From Macrostomum hystrix (taxonomy: Eukaryota > Animalia > Platyhelminthes): DNA of 64,000 bases. The stretch spans positions 558,001-622,000 of the forward strand of contig CATNEN010000033.1 of assembly GCA_950097015.1 (NCBI GenBank), read 5' to 3'. How positions within the stretch are numbered: position 1 is the first letter of the stretch; each line of letters starts with the position of its first letter. The position numbers and the translations under genes were made by a program. This document shows positions 44,411-55,200 of the stretch, one piece after another. The notes below the pieces were generated by a model that did not search any database, had not been told where the DNA came from, and saw only the letters and a list, made by a program, of their open reading frames with translations.

Positions 44411-45066
44411 ACTTTTGATTAAATGGCTGCGCTGAACTCATTCATTGACTGTCTTAATATTGCTTAAGTTGCACCAATCACTTGCTGCGTTTTTATTCTT
44501 TTTGAATTTATTTATTTCCTTCGAGTCTTCTCTTTTCTTTGCGTGGGAGGATTGTAGTGTGTGGCAATGCATCGTACATATGCGTTCACTTCTCTGGGTG
44601 TCTAATGTACATCAACCGCGTGCATGCCTTTCTCTCTCACTTTTACACCTTGGCACTGATTGCTATTTAACTCGTGAGTCAATAAATAAATCGCTGTAAA
44701 TCTTCGTCAACTCTAAGTCGCAGTCTCTCTGCCTTAGTCCACAGCTTCATTAAAAAATGCATTAAAAAACGATAGTCTATATGATAATGGGATCTATGTT
44801 GGGGTTATAAATCTAATCTCACTCAGGGACTAGTACGAGTACATACTCAAGACATAAAACAGCCAATTTGTGCTTAAAAACTATACGTCTTATTAGCCAG
44901 TTTCTTTTATAATCTAACTTTTGCTAGTGGGAAGTATTGTTTTACGCCGCAAAGGCAAACCTTATCCCTATCTAAGGGGAAGAGAGAGAAGAGTGTAAAA
45001 AAGAAGAATGTAAGAGCTTTACTGACCTGAGTTACTCTACTTTACTTTACTGATTTAATATGAGAC

Positions 45067-45709
45067 ATGGAGCCACCAAAAAAAGTAAAGCTGATAGACA
45101 TGCGGCAATTCCCAAATGAATTGATTGATTTTGGAATCCCGAATACCCGAAAGCATACATTCTGGCTACAACCTAAACTGACCGGCTGGAAGAATGGAGC
45201 GTGGTACAATCCCAACAAGCCTGTGGGCGTCAACACGCTAGGACAAATGATGGCGATCATTTCAACGAAGGCGACTTTGACAAAAAAGTATACCAATCAC
45301 TGCATTCGCTGTTGTGAAAGAGTTGGCTGATGCCGGCTATAGCGTCTCCGATAGCTGTAAGGTGACTGGACACAAACAGACGTGGACGGTAGAACGGTAT
45401 TTGAGATTTGGTTCGCGACGAGATGCGGATTTGCGGGATATGTCCGATAGCCTGGCACGTGCACTGCATCGTGGTAGTGACTCAACTCCTATATCCCAAG
45501 AGCTTGTTGACACAACTGTTGAACTGCCCAAGCAAGATCAACGGGTTGTAATGGTCGATTCATCGATAGTGATGAGCCAGACTCTGGACACTCGTGGAAC
45601 AACTGATACCGCCACCGCAACGATGCTAACCAACACTACCGGTAAGGGCAAGTCTACAGTGATCTACAACATACACGGTACATTGCACAACTGCGTTTTC
45701 AATCCCTAA
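45067..45709 (+). pseudogene. C-terminal half of a Crypton-like tyrosine recombinase
   Basis: WYNPNKPVGVNTLGQMM, KYTNHCIR, VTGHK, VERY (catalytic Tyr), tail IYNIHGTLHNCVFNP; frameshift near 45315. Confidence 0.8.
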
Positions 45710-45954
45710 ATCAGATCGAACTACGCGTGAGCTGACACTATTAATAGACTGCATGTTTATTGCTTGAATACTAATATCCCTGTTGAGTTCGTAATTAGAT
45801 ATTCCTGTTCCTGTTTCAGCGTGCGTTTATTGCATTAAACGCACGCTACTGGCGTTAGATGCACGATGAATGCATTGTCATTATTGAGGTTTGAACATAG
45901 ACGTTATATCGAATTTGTCGTTAAATACACGCTTCATCGTGTTATAAGTAGAAG

Positions 45955-46688
45955 ATAAAACATAGATATAAGGACTTCCAGTCGAATTATGCGGGATGCG
46001 AGTTATTTTATGGCGCTGTAACTTGGCGCTCTCCGGGATTTTATTTTGTAGCCGTGGCTGGGTTACAGCCATAGACGATATTAAGCAAACCCACTCAACG
46101 TCATTCAATAGTCAGTGAGCGACAACCAGTAATGAAAAAACAAAAGTACAACGATATGAAGGGTGACAGGGAGATATGCAAAACAGTCTTTGCGGCAGAG
46201 AAACACAGTTTCATACAGCGGATACTTCACACAGGCCCATCAGGAGACACTCCGACGTTCGTTGGCCCGATGTTCTGCACGACCGTGCAGTTATTGAAGA
46301 CGAACGTGTGTCCGCCGCATCGCGAATCACTTGCCACCTCCGGGACCACCTTGCCGTCGACCACCAGGCTTGACGTCTTGATCAGATTCATCGATGTCCG
46401 CTTGTACGCGCGGACTCGGGCCGAAGGCCCTCGGGAAGGCGCGCTGAGAGAACTGGAAGGCACGGACGGAGCGGTGAACAACGGCGAGGCGGATGGCAGG
46501 CGTTTCGCTGTAGTTGGCGACATTGGGGTGTTAAACCAATCTGTTCGTCCGAGTTTGCTTAATATCGTCTATGGCTGTAACCCAGCCACGGCTACAAAAT
46601 AAAATCCCGGAGAGCGCCAAGTTACAGCGCCATATAATAACTCGCATCCCGCATAATTCGACTGGAAGTCCTTATATCTATGTTTTAT
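45955..46688. mobile_element. 734-bp foldback element with 136-bp TIRs carrying the 3' end of a YR gene
   Basis: 45955-46090 is the reverse complement of 46553-46688 (one mismatch seen); internal minus ORF ..RVRAYKRTS..HTFVFNNCTVV resembles the YR C-terminal tails above; no TSD. Confidence 0.8.
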
Positions 46689-46938
46689 TGATAAATTCTT
46701 CTGCACTTTTGTCTGTAGGTATTTCGCGGGCGGGCGGCAGAATGAGGGTGTGAGAGAGCAGGGGGTGTTTCTTGTTTTCATAGGCAAGTTTTACAAAGTA
46801 GGTCGACTGAACTTTTGCTATGGGCGGAAGTGCCATTGACATGCACTGTTTCGGGTTGATTAGGAGTGGAAAGACTGGGAGCTTGAGTGTAAAGATAGAT
46901 TTAGATTTGAAATTGCATCTGAGCATAGAAAAATCTTC

Positions 46939-47874
46939 ATGGCCGACGCTGAGCCTTCAACAGTGTCCAAACGTCTGCCTCCTCTACTGAACTATGGAGC
47001 TTTGCCGAGTGATGAGATGTCAGGAGTAACATCCGACGAACTCGACCTGATCATTTGGTCATCTGCAAACGGTGACAGTTGCAAAGACTTAATTTGTGAC
47101 TTCATGGCGCGTTTGGAGGCCGAGAATGGTGCGACTGCAGCTGATGTCGACCTTGAGCTGGATGAGTTGGACAAGGCGGAGTTGGAAGGAATGCCAGACA
47201 GTTCAAAGAGACAAATGGCTGACTTCGGTAACAAGTTTGTCCATTTTCTTCGCACTAAAAAACCAGCGTACCGACTTGGCTAGCTTGGATGACGGAACGT
47301 TGAACCAGTACTTCCAACTATACACCAATGAAGGCAGGCCTTCTCGCCTGCGAGTCTGGGATGTATTCGCGCCGGAATACAACGTTTTCTTACTGTCACC
47401 TGCAAGCGTCCAACGAATCTGATGGAAAAGCGTTCGGCATTTGACTCGAGAAATCGTATGCTGTGCTACAAGATACGACAGCACATCTAGTCAGGCAGTC
47501 TCACCAGACAATTCGACGCAATCGAGGAGGGCAACATGTTGCGACTTCGAGATTACTTCAATCGAGAGGATGGACAGCGTCTGCAGGATGAAGTAGTCTT
47601 TAAAGTTCTGTATGAACTCGGAGAGCGCGGGCAAGAACATCTGCGCAAATTAATGGAACGCGATTGTCTGCAGCGACGAACAGACGCTGATGGGCGGACA
47701 TATTTTGCGCTGCCTTCCCTTCCGTCCGAGAATCGAAGTGCTGATATCGACAGGCCTGGCAAAGCCAGTGATGAGAAGTACGCTCGCATCTACAATACCG
47801 AATTTCTCTATTTGCGCAGTGTCAAATTTTTTTCGCAAAAGTACATACGTATTTTTAACTCAAAACGACTATGA
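46939..47874 (+). pseudogene. N-terminal half of a Crypton-like tyrosine recombinase, fragmented
   Basis: RLRDYFNREDGQRLQDEVVFKVLYELGERGQEHL..DADGRTYFALP..RIY aligns by eye with KMRAYFDRSTAERLQNEVLFTLLYVLGERGQDHL..DADGNPYLALP..RIY of the 39401 gene. Confidence 0.8.
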
Positions 47875-49050
47875 TCGTTGACTACTTGAGATCTGTGCGT
47901 ATTGTGGCAGTGATAAGAAGGTAAGAAGGTTCTTGTGGAACACAGCATCGTCACACCGGACTGCTACGGTATTGTAGTGTAGTGCGTTGGTGTGACGGTT
48001 CCGTGGTTCACATAATGCGACATGTCACATACTGGTTGAACAGTAGAAGGTATTTTCGCGTCCTTCAACGGAAGCTGCTAAGATTTCAGCTGGCTAATGC
48101 TCACATTGCCCTCAGGCCGCACGTTAGCCAGCTGAAGTCTCAGCAGCTTCCGTTGAAGACTGCCGCGCTCTGCACCCGGTCATCCGTTTTAAAATAATAA
48201 AAAAATAATTTAGTGTTTGTCATTTGTTTAATCGTTAACAGTACACAACTTCTTATCTTGGTTATTTCATCATTTAAATAATATGAACTGACTGGCGGTT
48301 ATGCGGTGTACATTGGCGTTGAGACTTAGTAGAAGACCGACGTAATCGTAATCGATTAGTCTGATATATTATGTTGTATATACATGTATATTGCGCAAAA
48401 CCTGAGAATAATGAAGTGGACTTAAAACTAAAATTGATGTATTAAGAATAGACAGTAGCGATGTATATGCAAAGTGTTCAAGTATTGATGAATAATATTC
48501 ATGAAGGTATTTTCGCAAAAAATATAACGACTTCTAAATGGAAAGTAAATACTGTATTTTCGCGAAAATACTGATATGTTCTTAAACGAAGGTAAGGGCA
48601 GTATTTTTGCAAAAGTTCTTGAAGTAACGTGGCCACGTCTTATGGTATTTTCGCGAAAGTGCATGCGTATTATTAGACGAAGTGTCCTGTACCTTTTTTA
48701 CCATAGAAACATTTAGTACTTCTGCAAATTGCCAAGAGTCATGAATGTATGATTTTCGCGAAAAGACTATATACTGTGTACTATATTGAATACTTATGAT
48801 GAAAAATAATGGCAGTTTTTGCCAAAATACTAACGATACGATGACGAATATATTTTTGCGTAAAAACGTGTTCTAAAACGAATTCAAAATTCTGTATTTG
48901 TGCGAAAGTACTTTGAGTACTAAAATATATTGAACGTTTGCAAACAAAAAAATACAAACAGGAATGCTTAACGTAGTGCTGATGATTGTTGGTGATGATA
49001 TTTTCACGAAAAGATTAGTGTATTTTCAATCACTTACAAAACAACACCAA
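47872..49050. repeat. Modular dispersed repeat, copy 1 (modules A, B, C)
   Basis: A 47872-48196 recurs at 57551-57910. B 48245-48460 recurs at about 56795-56960, 57980-59969 (split by mariner) and 60355-60576. C (TTTTCGCGAAAA cluster) recurs at 57290-57540 and 62480-62690. Confidence 0.85.
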
Positions 49051-49159
49051 TGTATGTATATCAAATAGTTATAATAATCGCAAGCTTTATAAAATAACAG
49101 TAATGAATCATAGTGAATGCATTATTTTATAATATCATTTCAAACTTATGCCTCCTCAA

Positions 49160-49400
49160 CTGTCATCGCTGCTGCTGCTGACGCCTCCGCCACTTCAGCT
49201 GCGGCATACAATAGGCAGTCGTCAGCTGGGTCGAATGAACAGCTACTGGCTGCCATCGCTGCTGCTGCTGCTGACGCCTCTGCCTCTTCAGCTGCGGCAT
49301 ACAATAGGCAGTCGTCAGCTGGGTCGAATGAACAGCTACTGGCTGCCATCGCTGCTGCTGCTGCTGACGCCTCCGCCTCTTCAGCTGCGGCATACAAAAG
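49160..49400. repeat. 93-bp tandem duplication (about 2.5 copies) with (GCT)n tracts
   Basis: Unit encodes YAAAEEAEASAAAAAMAASSCSFDPADDCLL on the minus strand. Confidence 0.85.
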
Positions 49401-50434
49401 CTCTCGCCATCGCCGCTTCGACCTCTTCAGCTACGGCGTATAACATATGGTCATCTGCCAGGAAGAATACAAAACTATATGATGAATTGTATGTTTCATC
49501 ATACCCGTAATCATCATAGCCTGGCTCTTCGTTCAGCCCAACGTCCTCGTCGTGACAGTTGGATGTTTCCGCATCGTTTAAAGTTGGCGCTGATGATGAT
49601 GATGGTGTTGCAGGCATGGCGAGACAATGGGGGCAGTATTTAAAATTTTCTGCTTGTTTAGTTTACTTAATTAATTGTCCAAAGTTTAAACTGCATTGAT
49701 TGCAGCATATTCTTAATAGCATAAGATTATCAGCAAGCTGGTTACCATAGACTAGCAATCGGGTTTTTTAGTTATTTACTTTACTCAGTTAAGTGGCGTA
49801 ACTTATTTACACATTTTAGATGATAAATTATTGTTTCAAATAAAAAACGACGACATGTCATCCCTGGGTGGGCGGCACAATGGCGGAGATCGAGATTTCG
49901 ACAGAGAGGATCACAACTCTGGCAACGACAAACCGATCTCGTGCCCTACCGTCAGTAGCAGCACGGATGTCGTGATTGGCACTGAGCGACGTCGACGAAG
50001 GCACAGCTCGGATAGTAGTTCAGACTCTGATTTTGCTATTCTGCCTTCACTGCGCATTTACAATCAGAGATTTTCTATTGTGAACGCCAATCCGACACGT
50101 GATTTAGCCGGCCAATTGCAACTGCCGCAGCATGCGCAAGTGACCGATATACAGTCACCAATTATAAGCAGTAGCAGCAGCAGCAACAATGGCGGCACTG
50201 GCACTGAAAGAGAGCGCGACAATGCCAATCGTGCTGCTATTAACCTAGATTTGAATGACATGTAGCAATGCTTTTGTCAAGCACTGTTGCCATTAGTTAT
50301 AATGAAATTACTTAACTGATTAATATAATTAAAAGTTGCAGGTATTTGATTAACAGCCCAGCGGCTGTTAGTTTGAAAAACTTCCTTTTCTTGATACGGA
50401 AGTTGATTGTTCGGGCCAGCAACCTACCACTAGG

Positions 50435-51184
50435 GTGTTTCGCAAACCCACGTTTACTGGCTTAATGCTGAATTTCAGTGCGCTTTGCCCAACCCAATGG
50501 AAATCTGGTCTTGTTAGGTGTCTGCTTCACAGGGCTTATGTTGTTTGTAGTTCTTGGGCGCTCTTCCATCAGGAAGTCAGTTCTCTGACTAGAATCCTTA
50601 AATCGAATGGCTATCCGTTTGAGTTTGTTAACCGTATTGTTAACCAGTTTGTTTCTGAAAAAGTGTCCTGCGTGCAACACGGGAAGGTTTCGGAGACGGA
50701 ATCTTCGGTCTCGCTGATGATTTTACCATTTCTTGGATCTGCTTCGATTGAGTTTAAAAAGAAGTTAGAAAAGAGGTTTCTTAGACTGCTCAACTGCAAA
50801 ATTAGAGTTGTGTTCAGGACTGAAAAGATTGCGCGTTACGCGAGCAGACTCAAATCTAGTGTTCCTCTCCCACTTAAGGCTGGTGTCGTCTATCAATTTC
50901 ATTGCTCTGTTGATCAGGGTGTTTCCTATATCGGAAAAACGAAACGACATCTGCACAAGAGGGTGAGGGAGCACTGGCTTGGGTCTTCGGCCATTAAAGA
51001 CCACCTTTTCGTGTGCAAGGCGTGTTGCGACTGTGAGCCTTTGCAGTTGTTCAAGGTGTTAGATGTTTGTAACAATGATAGAAAACTAAAACTGTTGGAA
51101 GCTACGTACATTAGGAAGTACAATCCTAGCTTAAACATTCAGCTTGTGAGTAAAGGTATGGAGCAACAACTCAGAATTTTTTGA
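50435..51184 (+). CDS. Penelope RT C-terminus and GIY-YIG endonuclease (partial)
   Basis: FRKPTFTGLMLNF..K..L..RA..CS..E..L..NGYP; GVVYQFHC..SYIGKTKRHLHKRVREH..EATYIRKYNPSLN. Confidence 0.9.
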   Translation: MFRKPTFTGLMLNFSALCPTQWKSGLVRCLLHRAYVVCSSWALFHQEVSSLTRILKSNGYPFEFVNRIVNQFVSEKVSCVQHGKVSETESSVSLMILPFLGSASIEFKKKLEKRFLRLLNCKIRVVFRTEKIARYASRLKSSVPLPLKAGVVYQFHCSVDQGVSYIGKTKRHLHKRVREHWLGSSAIKDHLFVCKACCDCEPLQLFKVLDVCNNDRKLKLLEATYIRKYNPSLNIQLVSKGMEQQLRIF

Positions 51185-51343
51185 TCTCGATGTACTCGGT
51201 GGTGAGGTGGTTGCTCCCTCTTCACTGATTGGTCGTTCAAAAGTTTACAGCATGTTTTTTCGTTCCCTCTGTGTATTTGTTCGCTCAATATTTTTCGATT
51301 TAATTTAAATACATTTTCGGTTGTGTGTTTTTTATGGTTCGTT

Positions 51344-51382
51344 TGCCCTGAAGATGTCCGCTCTGGACGAAACGCGTCGGCA
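51344..51382 (+). ncRNA. Minimal type I hammerhead ribozyme
   Basis: TGCC-CTGAAGA-T-GTCC-GCTCT-GGAC-GAAA-CGCG-TC-GGCA: conserved core, stem I, stem II and palindromic ACGCGT stem III; predicted cleavage after C51378. Confidence 0.88.
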
Positions 51383-51742
51383 GTTTAAATAAATAATAAA
51401 TGTTTGTCTTGACGTTTGCTCTTTTGCTAATTTGATTAACACATTTGAGTATTCAAAGTCTACAGTACATGATGCCTGCAACTGTTTTAAACTACTTTTA
51501 CATACACTAGCTCTCAGTAATACAATATTAATACGCGAACACAGATGTGTGCAGCTAGTCAATCGGTTATTATTAAATTTTACCAATATACTTATACTCT
51601 ATACACATATATAGAATTTCATTAATTGAACAAATTATCGTGTTATTCTACAATTAGTCTGATTTGCAAAGTCGCAAGAGCAAAAATAAACGTGTAAACT
51701 ATAATACATAAAATTCTGTATAAATTCTGTATTTTACAGCAT

Positions 51743-52177
51743 TCATTGTTCGATCAAATTTTGCCGTTCCCGAAGCCTCGCTCTTAGACGTTCCCTTTGT
51801 TGGATAGCCATCCAGTAGCGAACTCCATGTATGATGAGCTGGAGTTCAGCTTGGGCGTCCTCAAGAAGCTCTAGCATTTCGATGATGTCTTGTGCTTCAT
51901 TCTCTTTTACACCAGTCACGAACAAGACAGCCTTATAGTCTTCTGCTGACCGGTGCTGTTGCAACCATTCTTGAGTGCGCCGTAATAATAGGCATAACTC
52001 ATTAGCGCTATACGCAGCATTTGGAACACCGCACTGCAAACTAGGTAGCTGCTCGAAGCACCCTCGATGCGCTATGAACCGGCCAATGCAATCTACTTGA
52101 CAGCTGAGAAAGAGTTGAAATACGTGCGGCTGAAGATGAATTTGCATTAACTGCATCGGATCGGCAATGAATGACAT
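51743..52177 (-). CDS. Orphan 144-aa ORF, helical with a coiled-coil-like C-terminus
   Basis: ATG-initiated, non-repetitive ORF in AT-rich surroundings; no motif recognised. Confidence 0.3.
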   Translation of the reverse strand: MSFIADPMQLMQIHLQPHVFQLFLSCQVDCIGRFIAHRGCFEQLPSLQCGVPNAAYSANELCLLLRRTQEWLQQHRSAEDYKAVLFVTGVKENEAQDIIEMLELLEDAQAELQLIIHGVRYWMAIQQRERLRARLRERQNLIEQ

Positions 52178-52299
52178 GTTCAGTCAGTTAGTAAATCAAG
52201 CCAGCCTAAAGCAAAAAAATTTTAAGTTATACAATTTTTTAACTTTAATCAAAGTCCCCATAGAGTATACTTTAGATAACACAGGTGAGTCAGTCCACA

Positions 52300-55200
52300 G
52301 ACACCTTAAGCGCGACTGCTCCGGCCTGAGCCGCTGGGCTGCTGACCGGGCGGCGGGCTCGTCTGACTGGAGTTTCCGTCCTTGCTCCTTTGGCCCACCC
52401 GGCCCTGCTTTCGCCGATTCCGCCGCTTCCCCCCTGGCACTCTCAGAGCGCGGCGGGATGCCCTCACCCGGCGCATCCAGCTCGAGAAACCGAACTGCGC
52501 TCACTGCCGCAAACCAGTCCGCATCAGCACCATCCTCGCCTGCTGTAAGATTTGCAAGACCTTTTTCCACAACGCCTGTACCCAGACCACCCGGGAACAG
52601 CTCAAAAGGGAAGTTCAGCCCGGACACTGGAGGTGCACGTGCTGCCTCGCGGCCGCCAGAGCGCCCAGTCCGCCATCGCCGAGGGAAGCGGATCTCACCA
52701 CCTCTCACGGGTTCTTCGCCAAACCCGCTAAAGGTTGGAGCCCAGGTAGAGCCGAACTGAAAATTCTGCAGTGGAATGCGGATGGCATCAGTAACAAGTT
52801 GGGAGAGTTGGAGGACCTTGCCATCCGCTGTCAGGCGGATGTTATCGCCGTGCAGGAATCGAAACTCACCTCCCTGGCCAAAACTCCTAAGATCGCCGGT
52901 TTTGTTACCATCCGCAAGGACCGGAAAGTCGCCAGACTCGACCCTAAGGTCAGAGGCGGTGGCCTCCTGTTCTTCATTCGGCAGGACATTCCTTTCCGGA
53001 AACTGAGAGGCTGGACAGGTGGCTCAACGGAGGGCTGCCGCATCCACATCAGACTCTTCGCAGCTGAGCCGCGGTACCATCAAGCAACAAGTCACCCGGC
53101 TCTGCTCTGGCATGCTCCGTGCAGCCAAAGCCGCTATTCCTCTTAAAAAGGTATCTCACAAGAACAAACCCTACTGGGATGAGGAGCTCAGCCAGCTGCG
53201 CAACACCCGCAACCAGCTTCGTGAGTCCGATGCGCAGCCGGAGGCATGGCTGGAAAAAAGCCAGGAGCTCTCTCAGCGCTGCGGCGAAAAGAAACTCGAG
53301 TTCTGGAAAAATTTTGTGAGTCTGATGTTTGAATCCTCCGACCCTAAACAAGTCTGGCGCACCGTCAAGTGCCTCAGCAACGGGGAACAACCGATGAACC
53401 CCAACGAATCTCTGGTGGTCGATGGCCGAGAGCTGCGGACTGACCTTGAAAAAGCCAACGCCTTCGGCCGTCACTACGCCAAGATCAGCACGCTGGCGCA
53501 CCCTAAGAACGACCGGTGCACCAAAGTCGCCACTGCCCAACGCCTAGCCAAGTACACGGCCCTGGACGCTGAGTACCACCACGACTTCACCCCGGGTGAA
53601 TTCCGCCGGGCCATCGGCAAGCTCGATCCCAACAAAAAATGCGGCCCGGATGAAATCGAAGCAGCCTTCTTCCTCCACCTTCCTGACAGATGGTTGCAAG
53701 CTTGGCTCTCGGTCTTCAACCGCTGCTGGCGCATCGGCCACTGCCCTGGCTCCTGGAAAAAAGCAATCATCGTCCCTCTGCTCAAGGACGGCAAAGATGG
53801 TAAAGACTGCGGTAGCTACCGCCCAGTCAGCCTCACTTCCATCTGTGGCAAATTGCTGGAGCGGCTGATCCTCGATCGCCTCTACCACTGGCTTGAACAG
53901 CATGACATCATACAGCCATGGCAGGCCGGCTTCCAGCGCGGCCGCGGCTGTGAGGAGCAGGTAGCTCGCCTCGTGCAGTCTATCCAGGACGGTTGGGAAA
54001 AATCGCCGCACCTTAAAACCATCGCCGTGCTAATTGACTGCTCCCGCGCCTTCGACCGCGTCTGGAGGACCCGTCTTATCGCTAGAATGATGGATGAGGG
54101 CGTCCCAGCCTGCATGGTCCGCTGGTTCTCGAGCTTCCTTGAAGGCAGGCAAATCGCGGTCCGGGTGGGCACCACCATCGGTAAGTGGCGCCGTCTGCCT
54201 GAAGGAGTCCCACAAGGGGCCGTCAGCTCGCCGGTCCTCTTCTTGTTGTACGTGAACGACTGGGCTGGCCGGTTAACGCCACAAGTTGATTACACCGGCT
54301 ACGCTGATGACCTCGCGATCTGGTCCACGGGTCGCAATATCGCGGAGCTACAAGACCACCTGCAAACTGCGCTTAACCGTGTCGAAGAGTGGGCGGGTGA
54401 TTTGCGCATTGACATTAACCCGGCGAAGACGGAGTGTTGCCTGTTCTCGCGGGACCGGACCGATCGCCAACGTCGACTTAACCTCTCGCTCCTGGGCCAA
54501 CAGATCCCGACCAAGCCGGAGCTGAAATTCCTGGGAGTTTGAATTGACCACGGTCTCCTCTTCGACAAGCAAGTTAAATGCATCAGAGAAAAAATTCATC
54601 GTCGTGCGGCTGTTCTCCGGGTGCTTGCGCACCGTGAATGGGGCTGGGACCGCGCCCTCCTGCCTCGTGTCTACATGGCTCTGATCGAATCTGTCGTCTG
54701 GCACGCGGCTGCCGCTTGGTCACCCTGGCTGTCAGCGACTCGCTTGACTGAACTTGACCGGGCCCAACGAGAATCGCTCCGTATTGTCACTGGGCTCCCA
54801 AAATCGGCGCCTATCGAAGCCATCTACCTCGAGGCCGGCGTATCGCCCATCAGCTCTGAAGCACGCCGCCGCTCGCTGCTCCCCTTTAAGAAGGCTCTCC
54901 GCCGCCCCGCCGAAGACCCGTTCCGCGCGGTCTGCGAGCGCCACCTCGATGTTCGACTTGCTGCTAACAAAGGCCTTCGCGAACAGGCCCGCGCCATCTG
55001 TAATAACATCACACCGGCTCCGAGACGCCCCTTTCATGGGGCCCGCCTCCCACCCTGGGAGTCGCTTCTCGACTCGGGGATCGAGTTTTTCTCCTCGATT
55101 CCTGGCACCCGTGAAGATGCCATTGACGCCGTGAACCGCGCCATCTGCCTGCGCTGCCCAGCGGCTCTTCTCTACTTCACTGACGGCTCGGTCTCCGGCG

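Larger units (their letters stand above)
40780..44743 (+). mobile_element. Ty3/Gypsy LTR retrotransposon B with identical 191-bp LTRs and a deleted integrase core
   Basis: LTRs 40780-40970 and 44553-44743 (TGTAGTG..CCACA) identical by eye; TSD GCTT; PBS TGGTAGCAGAGCG at 40973 (tRNA-iMet-like); PPT GTGGGAGGA. Confidence 0.97.
50356..51429 (+). mobile_element. 5'-truncated Penelope-like retroelement
   Basis: KLPFLD..VFRKPTFTG RT thumb + GIY-YIG; 12-bp flanking direct repeat ATTTGATTAACA (50344-50355 / 51430-51441); hammerhead in the 3' region. Confidence 0.92.

Noticed and set aside
49831-50265. 144-aa Ser/Arg-rich ORF
   Set aside because: Low complexity, no motif and no supporting signals; left uncalled.
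52290-52480. 2A (NPGP) peptide or HDV-like ribozyme at the LINE 5' end
   Set aside because: Only GPPGP and SPGA look-alikes; a nested pseudoknot could not be established by eye.
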